A DNA stretch of 64,000 nt from a virus (lineage: Duplodnaviria > Caudoviricetes): IMG/VR virus record IMGVR_UViG_3300029305_011823; one strand, 5' to 3'. Below, piece by piece: positions 29,479 through 39,238 of the stretch. The notes under the pieces were generated by a model. The model made no database searches. It had not been told where the DNA came from and saw nothing but the letters and a program-made list of their open reading frames with translations. Position 1 is the first letter of the stretch, and every line of letters starts with the position of its first letter. The position numbers and the translations under genes were made by a program.

Positions 29479-29571
29479 AATAATACCTCCACCTAATTAT
29501 ATTATTTTAAGGATCATATAAATCCTATTGGAAGGAGGCTTTTAGAGATGCCTCCTAGAACTCTTTATTAT

Positions 29572-30195
29572 CTATCTTCTACGTCTTCTTCTAACTCTTA
29601 CATATCCTCTTGGTTTGTATACGTGTTCCCATTTAACTAAATCCCACCAGAAGCTTAAGAATCCACCTATTATAAATATAGCTGCTATGAATCCTAATAC
29701 GTAAAATAATATGTCAAATAAGAATGCTATTACAGCACCTAATACGTTAAATAATAATACTATTAAAGCTATACCCCCTACTACCATTCCTATACATATA
29801 AGAACACCAATTACTTTACCTGCAAATGCTGCTCTCTTTTCTGTTTTTTCACTTATATGATATTCTCCATTTTCATCAGTTCCTTCTGCAATCTTTTTAT
29901 CAAGTTTTTTGTCCCATTCATCAAATTTAGCATTGATTCTATCTGTTATTGTAACTCTTTCTTTAACAGGTTTTTCTTTTTTAACTTTAACTTTTTCTTT
30001 AGGTGCTTCAGCTTTTATTACTTTAACTTTTGCTACTAGTTTTCTATTAGCGAATATAAATATTGCTGCAAATATTCCATAGAATACAATTAAAGTTGGA
30101 TCTAAACATAATACACCTATTACTGTAGCGAATACATTTATACCAGCTAATATACCACATATCATCATTAATACTTGTAAACTTAATTTTTTCAT
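29572..30195 (-). CDS. 4-TM membrane protein with Arg-rich tail
   Basis: Hydropathy pattern, RBS. Confidence 0.65.
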   Translation of the reverse strand: MKKLSLQVLMMICGILAGINVFATVIGVLCLDPTLIVFYGIFAAIFIFANRKLVAKVKVIKAEAPKEKVKVKKEKPVKERVTITDRINAKFDEWDKKLDKKIAEGTDENGEYHISEKTEKRAAFAGKVIGVLICIGMVVGGIALIVLLFNVLGAVIAFLFDILFYVLGFIAAIFIIGGFLSFWWDLVKWEHVYKPRGYVRVRRRRRR

Positions 30196-30246
30196 AACTT
30201 ATTACCTCCATTTATTTTTTATTTTTTTAATTGGAACATATAAATC

Positions 30247-30444
30247 TTAACATTCTATTGTATAGCTTTTTAGTTCTTCTATTATCATATCACATTTAAC
30301 TAATGCTTCTTCATATCTTTCTATATACATATCCATTTCATTTGTATTGTATTCTTTATTATATTTATGATATTCATTTAAATACTCAACTATCATAGCT
30401 CTTCTTGTTTCCATTTCCATTAATTTAGCTTCTATTTTCATCAT
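30247..30444 (-). CDS. small early coiled-coil protein
   Basis: RBS before MMKIE; early promoter ~30484. Confidence 0.55.
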   Translation of the reverse strand: MMKIEAKLMEMETRRAMIVEYLNEYHKYNKEYNTNEMDMYIERYEEALVKCDMIIEELKSYTIEC

Positions 30445-30574
30445 ATAAAATACCTCCAAAATTAAATTATTTTTATTGTACTTCACTATTATAATATGGT
30501 ATCGAAATTCTACGAATTACACTTCTTGGAACATAAAAAAGAATAGATACCTCATAGTATCTATTCTTATGCTA

Positions 30575-30892
30575 TTAATCTAGTTTGTCTTTTAATTCTT
30601 TAAGCTTAGCTTTTGCTTTTTCTTTAAGAATGCCAAATTTTTCTTTAACTTTTTCCCATTCTTCTGTAATTATCTTATCTAATTCTATATATCCTGCCAA
30701 TCTTTTTGCTTCTTCTATTTCAGGTTGTGTGGCTAATCTAGCACCAACTATAGCATCACCTTTCTTAGTTACTTTATACGTGAATCTAATCCATTCACCT
30801 TGAACTGCATAATCTACATCATCTATTCTTATATATATTTTATCCTCCATGAATTTAACTTTATGATACGTACTTCCTATTTCTCTAATCAT
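30575..30892 (-). CDS. hypothetical protein
   Basis: ORF with RBS. Confidence 0.6.
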   Translation of the reverse strand: MIREIGSTYHKVKFMEDKIYIRIDDVDYAVQGEWIRFTYKVTKKGDAIVGARLATQPEIEEAKRLAGYIELDKIITEEWEKVKEKFGILKEKAKAKLKELKDKLD

Positions 30893-30914
30893 ATCCCGTT
30901 ACCTCCAATTGATT

Positions 30915-31718
30915 TTAATTATATATTTTTCCATTTAGATATCTTATCATCATTGATATAAAATCAACTTGTTCTTTTAAACTATCTTTTGTTTCAATTT
31001 CTTCTAATATCATATTGTATATCTCTTTAAAATCTGAATCTGTTTTTTCAGGATTAACAGTTATTATCATTTTAGCTATTTCACTTGAATAATCTTCTAT
31101 AGTTCTAATATCTTCTTCTAGGGTATAATTAACATATGCTGTAACATTATGATCTTTAACATAATGCTCAAGAATATATTCATTATTAACCTGATGAATG
31201 TTACCGACATATCTATCTTCCATATCTATATAATCTAATCTAAACTTTAGTGATGTATATTTATATCTATTAACCCAATTAGTTATAAGTTTAGTTGGTG
31301 GTGTCATCGTTGTAGTAAATAATGAATTTATTTCATTATCTTCTTTGTGAATATTCTCACCATAAAACATTTCTGAATATTCTAATATTTTTCTTATTGT
31401 ATAAGCATTAAATTTATCTATATCATATGGTGTATAATCATAATCATGTTTATACAGTATAGTTATTTCATTACTAAAATCTTCATTATCTATTAAAAAT
31501 GGAGTTCCCCAATTATTCATTCTCCATCGGTACACATTATCTTTGTTATCTTCAATATCTTTAGGTGTTGGGTATAATTTACCAAAAAATAAAATAAGAT
31601 TAGAAGGATATACACCATCACTAGGATGGTATATATCTTCTACATAATTATCATTTATAAACATCACAAGGTCTTTAATACTACCTGTAACTTTCAGTTT
31701 ATTTTTCACCTTGCTCAT
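30915..31718 (-). CDS. DUF1281/YubB-like protein paralog
   Basis: NKLKVTG, PTP, WRMNNWGT, FTT..TPP. Confidence 0.6.
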   Translation of the reverse strand: MSKVKNKLKVTGSIKDLVMFINDNYVEDIYHPSDGVYPSNLILFFGKLYPTPKDIEDNKDNVYRWRMNNWGTPFLIDNEDFSNEITILYKHDYDYTPYDIDKFNAYTIRKILEYSEMFYGENIHKEDNEINSLFTTTMTPPTKLITNWVNRYKYTSLKFRLDYIDMEDRYVGNIHQVNNEYILEHYVKDHNVTAYVNYTLEEDIRTIEDYSSEIAKMIITVNPEKTDSDFKEIYNMILEEIETKDSLKEQVDFISMMIRYLNGKIYN

Positions 31719-32517
31719 CTTTCTTTTCATCCCCTTCTTGTAACCATTTGTAATACTTATCAAAGATATCTGCTATTAATGTAGCAGCATCTTCTGTCTT
31801 ACAATTGTTAAGCACTTCAGCAACTTTAGCTGATATTAATTCAGCTTCTTCAGCACTATGCATTTCTTGTATCATATCAGCACATTCATCAATATACCAT
31901 TCTCTACATTCCCAACCTTCTGTTAATAGATATTCTATATAAGCTTTTCTATCATTATCATCTATAACTTTATCACAATATTCATCACCACTAAACCATA
32001 ATTCACCTAGAACACAACATCCTGGTTCATAGAATTTCATTGTGATTTCTAACACGTCATTATATTTTTCATACCATTTATTAAACATTCCTTCTGGTGG
32101 TCCCCAAGGAGTTTCACAGAAACAAGATAATTCTAATTTCATTTTACAATCATCATCTGGTATACTATTTACGAATGATTCATTAAATATTTCATTATCT
32201 TCGTTTTCATGTTCACCGTAAACTATTTTAACACCTTCTTCATCTTCATGTTCTATTGATAATTGAATACATTGTTCATAAGAAGGGGACCATTTACATC
32301 CCCAATTAGCTAATCTCCAATTGTACCATTCACTAAATACTTCACCTTTTTCATCTAATGGTGTTGGACAGAACTGTTCAAAATCTAATATATAAGCATA
32401 CTCATTACTATCTTCTTTATAAGGATATTTATTAGTTCTGAAATTCTCTTGTATGAATTGTTTTACATCTTTTCCTTTACCATTTACTATTATATTATTA
32501 GCACACCAGTTTGGCAT
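31699..32517 (-). CDS. DUF1281/YubB ferredoxin-like domain protein
   Basis: MPNWC.N, WYNWR..NWGCKW, ETPWGPP, FYEPG. Confidence 0.75.
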   Translation of the reverse strand: MPNWCANNIIVNGKGKDVKQFIQENFRTNKYPYKEDSNEYAYILDFEQFCPTPLDEKGEVFSEWYNWRLANWGCKWSPSYEQCIQLSIEHEDEEGVKIVYGEHENEDNEIFNESFVNSIPDDDCKMKLELSCFCETPWGPPEGMFNKWYEKYNDVLEITMKFYEPGCCVLGELWFSGDEYCDKVIDDNDRKAYIEYLLTEGWECREWYIDECADMIQEMHSAEEAELISAKVAEVLNNCKTEDAATLIADIFDKYYKWLQEGDEKKDEQGEK

Positions 32518-32561
32518 ATGCATTACCTCCATTTAATTTAATTTTTTATTTATATTTTTAT

Positions 32562-33551
32562 TTACTTATTTTCATTCATAAATTTTTCATGCATTTTTGT
32601 TAATGCTGCATACATTTTAGCTAATGTGAAATTATCACCATTGTTTGCTAATCCATAAATTGTATTTGATATACTTCCATATGTTACATTATATTTAAAA
32701 GGATTATTACTATTAAATGCCACTTCACCTTCAGGCACTTCTTTAAGTTCTAAATCAATCTTAACTGGGAAATTATCTTTCATGTCATATAACATATTGC
32801 ATACATCTATAACCATTGCATGACAATCTAACCATTTACGCACACATAACATTTCTGTGTATCTTTGTAAACTCTTTTCAGCAGTTATATGCTGTACATA
32901 TTTATCTTCAGATAAATCTTCAGGATCATCTTGATATCTTGCATATATTAAGAATTCATTTTCATCAGCCCAATGTGCTCTTACACTTAAATTATATTTG
33001 CTTCTCCAAGCATTAAGAATTTCTACAGGGAAAGCATATGTGAAAAATTCTATTTCTAACATTGATGAAAGATTCATTCGTCTTATTAATTCATCTTGAT
33101 CTTTGCGTGAATTAACACTTCCTAATGAGAAATAATTAAAGAACTCACTCATAAATTCTTTAGGTCTTTTTACAAACTCATCTTTAAAACATACTTCTTT
33201 TTCATATACTTTAGTTACATCAAAGAAGCAACCGTGATTTTGAATTTCGAATTCATATATATTTTTAGGTCTTTCATCATAATCATAATATTCGTCATCA
33301 TAATATTCTTTATATTCAACATTGGATACAAATACTTTTGTATTAATACATATATCTTTAAGATTAACACCATATTGATCTTTCATAAATAATTCATCAT
33401 GTTCTTTCATCAATTTACCAAAATCTAAGCCAACTATAAATTTAACTCCAACATCACTTACTTCAGAGAACTCCATATTGTCTACCATAAATTTCATTAT
33501 TTCCTTTACAGGACCATTGAATCTAACATTACATTTATGCATTTTATTCAT
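32562..33551 (-). CDS. divergent DUF1281-like paralog
   Basis: N-terminal ...FNG.VKEIMKF..DN...LDF and F.T..FP...W..KY.L pattern align weakly with neighbours. Confidence 0.45.
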   Translation of the reverse strand: MNKMHKCNVRFNGPVKEIMKFMVDNMEFSEVSDVGVKFIVGLDFGKLMKEHDELFMKDQYGVNLKDICINTKVFVSNVEYKEYYDDEYYDYDERPKNIYEFEIQNHGCFFDVTKVYEKEVCFKDEFVKRPKEFMSEFFNYFSLGSVNSRKDQDELIRRMNLSSMLEIEFFTYAFPVEILNAWRSKYNLSVRAHWADENEFLIYARYQDDPEDLSEDKYVQHITAEKSLQRYTEMLCVRKWLDCHAMVIDVCNMLYDMKDNFPVKIDLELKEVPEGEVAFNSNNPFKYNVTYGSISNTIYGLANNGDNFTLAKMYAALTKMHEKFMNENK

Positions 33552-33657
33552 AATTATTTACCTCCTAAAATTTTATTATAATATTTTGTTATACGAAAAA
33601 TTCAATTTTAAGCAAATAAAATAAGGTATAGACAAATTGTCTATACCTTTATATATC

Positions 33658-34119
33658 TTAAAGCTTACTTTGATTGTAGCTTGCACCTCTTCTTTGATTG
33701 TTATTATTGTTATTATTGTTCTTGTTAACATTTCCTTGTTTTAAGATTATTCTTTCATATAATGCTAATAAGCTATCAACACCTTCTTCTATCTTAGCTA
33801 AGCTAGGTGTTAAATCTGAACTAGATGCTATCTTAATAGCTTCTATTATGTTTATAACTTCTCTTAATTTTCTATCTACTTCAACTTTGTTTTGCATTTT
33901 AGCATTGATCTTGCAACCACAGATTCTACATACTAAAACACCGTCTTCTTGTCCTTGTTGTACTGCTGGTCTACCGTGACCATCTTTATGGTCACATCTA
34001 AATCTAATTTGTTTATCTCTTCTATCTAAGTTTTGTCTATCTATTTTCATTTGTCTTAATTCATCTGCTATTCTATTTCCATTTCCTTGATTTTGGTTAT
34101 TGTTATTTAATTGGCTCAT
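33658..34119 (-). CDS. small Zn-ribbon protein with Asn/Gln-rich termini
   Basis: CDH...CRIC; two tandem early promoters upstream. Confidence 0.6.
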   Translation of the reverse strand: MSQLNNNNQNQGNGNRIADELRQMKIDRQNLDRRDKQIRFRCDHKDGHGRPAVQQGQEDGVLVCRICGCKINAKMQNKVEVDRKLREVINIIEAIKIASSSDLTPSLAKIEEGVDSLLALYERIILKQGNVNKNNNNNNNNQRRGASYNQSKL

Positions 34120-34331
34120 ACTTGTTACCTCCTAATAATTTTAATATATTTTTTTATTCTGGATCATAGAAATTAATATATTATTATTTCTATTCACTAT
34201 TATAATATAGCATTGAAATTCTACGTTTTACACTTTTAATAATATATTAATATTTCTATTCACCTATATAATATAGCATTGAAAATCTCATCAATTACAC
34301 TTTAGAAATTTGTTTATCAATATATAAATTT

Positions 34332-34610
34332 TTAGTCTAAAATATCTCTTAGTACTATAGGTTTTCCTATATCTTTTACTGTATACACTTGAACTATTTC
34401 AGATACATCTAAATACGAAACGGCTTCTCCTCCCATTGTATCTTTATGATATAATTTAAGAATCTCCATTCCTCCAATTGTTACAAAATCTTCTGCTTTT
34501 AAAGCATAACGGCTCCAATAAAATTTAGTTCCATTCGCCATTCTCATACCGACTATATGATCAAAACCTCCTGCATCATTAGCTATAGCTTCAACTACTG
34601 ATTTTGTCAT
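34332..34610 (-). CDS. hypothetical protein
   Basis: ORF. Confidence 0.6.
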   Translation of the reverse strand: MTKSVVEAIANDAGGFDHIVGMRMANGTKFYWSRYALKAEDFVTIGGMEILKLYHKDTMGGEAVSYLDVSEIVQVYTVKDIGKPIVLRDILD

Positions 34611-34777
34611 TTTCTTTTACCACCTTTCTTCTTTTTTCTTTTACCTTTACCATGTTTCTCAATACCTAATTGTTTCATAATTCTTTCAATTCTTTCCTCT
34701 TTGGTCTCAGGAGGAGACCAATTAGTTTTACTCCTTCCTGTACCTCTAAAGGTTTTTTCTAAGTTTTTAGGTATCAT
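34607..34777 (-). CDS. small basic protein (56 aa)
   Basis: Manual ORF MIPKNLEK...KGKRKKKKGGKRK; AGGAG RBS; ATGA overlap with next gene. Confidence 0.55.
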   Translation of the reverse strand: MIPKNLEKTFRGTGRSKTNWSPPETKEERIERIMKQLGIEKHGKGKRKKKKGGKRK

Positions 34778-34789
34778 AATATCAACTCC

Positions 34790-35980
34790 TTAATACGCAT
34801 ATATTAAACCTTCTCTTGCCCTAGTTATTCCTGTATAGTTCAATTTGTTTTGAATATCTCTATCACCTCTTCCAAATGGTTCTGACATAAATAACACATT
34901 TTCTGCTTGAGAACCTTGGGATAAATGTACTGTAATACAATCTCCAAATTCAAACATATCATACACAGAATAACCTTTTTTATAAACTCCATTATCTGTT
35001 TGTATACTTTGGATTAAAGTTTTATAATCTATTCTTACATTATTAAATATTAATTGATCGTTGAAATCTGGTGAAAAGGATATATCAACTGTTCTTGTAT
35101 TATATGTTGACTTATTTACGTCAACAACATAACCCAACATACCATTTACTAGATATACACCGTCACCGATAATTCTATTTCTATTATTTTTACGACAAAT
35201 TAATTTTTCTCCTACAACTGGTAAATCTGAATCAATACCTCTTAATTCTTCTCTTATATATTTATTAATTCTAGCTCTACTAGCATTAGTTGGTGTTAAT
35301 ATCATATCTGCTTTTAATAACATATTATCATTAACCTTATCCTTTGGTATAACATAACATTTATCCCCATATTTACCATAAGGAATAGGTTCACCTCTAG
35401 ATGCTAATTGACTTAAATATATTATAGGATTACCTTCTGCCTGTCGCATTATTTTTGTCAGTACATAATCAGGTCTAATAAGGTATTTAGTTCCTCCTAT
35501 AACTGGGGGAAGTTGTTGTAAATCTCCTAGACAAATGATAGGGATGTTAAAAGACTCTATGTCAACTCCAAATGATTCATTTACCATAGGAGCTTCATCT
35601 ATTACTATCAATTTGATATTTCTAGGAATTTTTTCCTTCTTTATAAATTCAGGTCTTGTAACAACTTTCCCATTCTTTATAACTGGTTTTCCGTCATCAT
35701 CTTTTACAGGTACAAAATCTATATCGTAGAAAGCACTATGTATAGTTCTACCATTTACACCACTTCTGGTTAATTGTAGAGCCGCTTTCCCGACATAAGC
35801 GACAAATAAAACATCTTCCATATTCAATCCTAGGTTCTGAATTATAGTTCTAACTATAGTCGTCTTACCCGAACCTGCAGGACCGCTTATCTCAAATGTC
35901 TGTTTAGACGAATAATTGTTAAACCATTTAACTGCCATTTTAACACATTCGTCTTGTTGGTCATTTAAGACTATTCCCAT
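34790..35980 (-). CDS. SF1B helicase, RecD/Dda-like
   Basis: GPAGSGKTT, GKAA, TIHS, IDEA.MV, GD..QLPPV, RQA, ITVH.SQGS, YTGITRA. Confidence 0.9.
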   Translation of the reverse strand: MGIVLNDQQDECVKMAVKWFNNYSSKQTFEISGPAGSGKTTIVRTIIQNLGLNMEDVLFVAYVGKAALQLTRSGVNGRTIHSAFYDIDFVPVKDDDGKPVIKNGKVVTRPEFIKKEKIPRNIKLIVIDEAPMVNESFGVDIESFNIPIICLGDLQQLPPVIGGTKYLIRPDYVLTKIMRQAEGNPIIYLSQLASRGEPIPYGKYGDKCYVIPKDKVNDNMLLKADMILTPTNASRARINKYIREELRGIDSDLPVVGEKLICRKNNRNRIIGDGVYLVNGMLGYVVDVNKSTYNTRTVDISFSPDFNDQLIFNNVRIDYKTLIQSIQTDNGVYKKGYSVYDMFEFGDCITVHLSQGSQAENVLFMSEPFGRGDRDIQNKLNYTGITRAREGLIYAY

Positions 35981-36068
35981 ATACTTACCTCCTTTAAAAC
36001 GGAATCAATACATATTTGTCTATTAAATTATACAATATTATAATTATTAAATTTTAAGGAGGAATAAA

Positions 36069-36515
36069 ATGGATTTATCAAATTTAGAGGAATTGCAGGT
36101 TAATTTATTGGAATATTGTACTGTAGCAGAGAAAACTTATTTACCTGCTGAAACTGTTAAAGTATATATACCTAAGTTAACTGTTGATACGAGTAAAACC
36201 ACTGTCAGAGCACAGGAGTCTATATTGGTTAATGATCCTGAATGTAAACCAAAAGTTGTTAATCCTATCAAATTATCGGATACTATAACAGTTAAAACAT
36301 TCTCAGGATTAGAACTGTCTAAATCTGCAGTTTTAAAGAAAAAAGAATGTGGATGTAAAGTAGTAAACCACGTTTTAATAAAAGACTGTCTAGGTGACGA
36401 AATGACATTTATAGATGGTCATATAGTTGAAGCATATCTACCGAAAGGTGCTAAGATGATTGTATGTTTTATGAACGGAAATATAAATGATGCATATTTG
36501 ACAAACTTCCTATAA
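36069..36515 (+). CDS. hypothetical protein, possibly baseplate-associated
   Basis: ORF with AGGAGG; VKVYIPKL...F.NG pattern; adjacent to wedge-like gene. Confidence 0.5.
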   Translation: MDLSNLEELQVNLLEYCTVAEKTYLPAETVKVYIPKLTVDTSKTTVRAQESILVNDPECKPKVVNPIKLSDTITVKTFSGLELSKSAVLKKKECGCKVVNHVLIKDCLGDEMTFIDGHIVEAYLPKGAKMIVCFMNGNINDAYLTNFL

Positions 36516-36526
36516 GAGGTGATTAA

Positions 36527-36973
36527 ATGGCTAGAAGTAATTTTAGAAATAGATCTACAATGAAAGAAGTAATTGAAGAGGGATTAGAACTAAAAATGAC
36601 AATAAAGGATTTATGCTTTAAAGAAGTAATTACAAACAGTTCGGGTGATATGTTTGTAATTAATATGTATAACCTTTATGAAAAATATTATGAACTATTA
36701 CTAGAAGATGTTACGACTGTAGTATTAACTGAACAAGAATATCTTAAATATAGATATCAACCAAGATTATTAGCTAAAGACCTTTATGGTAATCCTGATA
36801 TATATTATTTATTATTACGTCTTAACTATGTTTATTCTGTAATAAACTTTGATTTTAAAGAAGTTAGAGTATTCAAACCTTCAATTGTTTCATTGTTAAA
36901 TGAAATTTTAGTAATGGAATCTGAAGATTATATAGACAACGAAATGTCGGTACTTAAGAAGATAAATGAGTAG
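36527..36973 (+). CDS. putative baseplate wedge protein (T4 gp53/LysM-like)
   Basis: YRYQP.LLA.DLYG.PD.YY.LL.LN motif. Confidence 0.6.
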   Translation: MARSNFRNRSTMKEVIEEGLELKMTIKDLCFKEVITNSSGDMFVINMYNLYEKYYELLLEDVTTVVLTEQEYLKYRYQPRLLAKDLYGNPDIYYLLLRLNYVYSVINFDFKEVRVFKPSIVSLLNEILVMESEDYIDNEMSVLKKINE

Positions 36974-37001
36974 TGTATACTCATTTATCTTCGTTTTGTT
37001 G

Positions 37002-37087
37002 TATTGAGACCGACTGATATAAAAATACCAATCGAAAGAATAACTTTCGCTATTCCCTACCCATAAACTGCATGGATAATCTCAATA
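37002..37087 (-). ncRNA. candidate four-way-junction small RNA
   Basis: Closing stem UAUUGAGA/UCUCAAUA enclosing three hairpins; G-U pairs only on minus strand. Confidence 0.4.
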
Positions 37088-37146
37088 TAAAAATATAAAA
37101 TAATAAAAAATTAATTCTAAATATTCATCATTTGTTTATTGTGTTA

Positions 37147-39087
37147 CTAAGCTGCTATCATACCTGCTAATGCAGGATTTCCAAAACCACTATCTGGTAA
37201 TGTATCTAAAACGTTTCCTTCTCTATTTAAATTACATTCAGGTGTTACTGTTACTTGCTTTTTCTTACTAGGTTTATCAAATAATCCAGTTGTATTACTT
37301 TGTTTAGTTTTAGGTAATTGAGACTTATCACCTTTAAATTCTAATTCTTTTACTGTTAACCAAATAGGTTTACCATGTTCATCAAATAAATCGTAATCTT
37401 TTTGGAATGCTATCTGACTTCCTTCAACATAAGGTATAAAACATCTTGCCGCATTATGTCTACCTGCTCTTGATTTTATAACTAATGCCTCTAAATGTGT
37501 AAATTTGATAGCATCTGATAATTCATCTCTCTCATAATTTTCTGATGTTTGTGCAAATACTAATGCGAAATCGGCACATTCAACAACACCTTTTGATTCT
37601 GAGAATACTGTCTCAGGACAATCTTTAGGTATTACACTTGTCTCCATTTTTCCTCTTGCTTTGAAAACTTCGTTACTCATTTCAACTTTAACTTGTGATG
37701 CTGTTATAACTGCAACGTCACATTCTATTGCTAAAGCACGTAAATCTGAAGTTATATTATCTATTCTTATTCTGTTTTCAACATGGTTTTCAACTGGTTT
37801 AAATCCTTTAAGATAATCGGCAATTACTGCTACTACTTGTAATTTTTCTGACTCTCTTAATATTTCTATATCTCTTATTATTTCATTTTTAGAATATGAA
37901 TTATTTGGAACTTGTATAAATCTTATTCTAGTTGGTGTATGTCTTGATAATATTCTACTTGCTTCAACTAATTCATTTTCTATTTCTTCATTACTTAATC
38001 TCATTTTTTCTCTTGTTAATTCATCTTCCCAAGATATATCTGTACCAGTTAACATTTTTATATATCTACCTTTTATATCTTCTACACCTGTTTCTGCAGA
38101 AATGTATAATATACATGGTGTTAATCCTGGTTCATGTTTAACTTGTGGATTATATAATGCCATATCTATTGCAGAACTTATCATCATTGTAGTTTTACCG
38201 TTTCCTGATGGAGCACCGTAAACCATAAGTTGTTTTGACTCTAATCCTCCACCTGTTATCATATTTAACCAACGATGACCAAATCTAAATTTATTACAAC
38301 CATTTACTTGTAATTGTAAGTTTCTTTGGTTCTCATCTCTACATTCTTCTTCATTTAAGTTTGCTGTAAATCCTGTTTCTAACGCACTTTTTCCTACTTT
38401 ATTATCCATATTTAATCTATAGAATTTTTGTCTATTTCTCTCTATTTTTTTCTTTAAATTTATATAATCTTCTTCAACGTCTTTACCTTCTCTCAATCCA
38501 TCGATTGTAGCTTGTAAAGCTTCATAATCTTCACATTGTTCAAATAAGAATTTATTTTTTGATATTCTATTTACCATATAATTAAATGCTGATTCTGAAA
38601 GATATTTATACATATCTGAATCACTCATATGTCCTAAATATTCATCTATCGGTAATTCTTTTTTAACATGATTTACTAAATCTAAATATCCTATTTCTTT
38701 TTCCACTCCTGTATCGCAATAATCTAGAAACGCATATCCCGAACATATACCTTTATTTCTAGCGTCTATTGCTGTTTTACACCATTGAATCATATCATAT
38801 ATCTTAACATCTTTAATGTGTTTTAATGTTAATTGATTTACAAATGTCTCTAATAATCCTGTTATATAATTACTTTTCTTTGGATATTCGTCAAATAAGA
38901 AATATAAAACCATATCCTTTATTATAAATTCAGGCAGACCCTGTAATAACTGTTCCGTATCAGTTTTCTTCATTTTATTATAATTCTCTAAGAATTTATT
39001 TTTTCCACTTGTTTGTATTAAGCTATTTCCTGAAACTGTTCCATCTCCATGGAATGTTACGGGTGCTTGTAAATTGTTATTATCCAT
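37147..39087 (-). CDS. DnaB-like replicative helicase
   Basis: GGLE, GAPSGNGKT, YISAE, IADYL, LRALA...VITASQ, ES..V...AD, KSR. Confidence 0.88.
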   Translation of the reverse strand: MDNNNLQAPVTFHGDGTVSGNSLIQTSGKNKFLENYNKMKKTDTEQLLQGLPEFIIKDMVLYFLFDEYPKKSNYITGLLETFVNQLTLKHIKDVKIYDMIQWCKTAIDARNKGICSGYAFLDYCDTGVEKEIGYLDLVNHVKKELPIDEYLGHMSDSDMYKYLSESAFNYMVNRISKNKFLFEQCEDYEALQATIDGLREGKDVEEDYINLKKKIERNRQKFYRLNMDNKVGKSALETGFTANLNEEECRDENQRNLQLQVNGCNKFRFGHRWLNMITGGGLESKQLMVYGAPSGNGKTTMMISSAIDMALYNPQVKHEPGLTPCILYISAETGVEDIKGRYIKMLTGTDISWEDELTREKMRLSNEEIENELVEASRILSRHTPTRIRFIQVPNNSYSKNEIIRDIEILRESEKLQVVAVIADYLKGFKPVENHVENRIRIDNITSDLRALAIECDVAVITASQVKVEMSNEVFKARGKMETSVIPKDCPETVFSESKGVVECADFALVFAQTSENYERDELSDAIKFTHLEALVIKSRAGRHNAARCFIPYVEGSQIAFQKDYDLFDEHGKPIWLTVKELEFKGDKSQLPKTKQSNTTGLFDKPSKKKQVTVTPECNLNREGNVLDTLPDSGFGNPALAGMIAA

Positions 39088-39238
39088 AATTATATTCTCC
39101 CTTCCGTATTTGAAAATTCAAATTTCTTTTTATAATATCAGTTTGTTAATAATAAAATATAATTTTATTCAATCGTTATAATAATGTTATTAAATAAAAA
39201 ATCACTGCTTCAGAGCCGTCTACTAGCTCTGAAGCATT

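Noticed and set aside
37002-37087. tRNA gene
   Set aside because: Cloverleaf-like but lacks D/T-loop consensus, 7-nt anticodon loop and CCA
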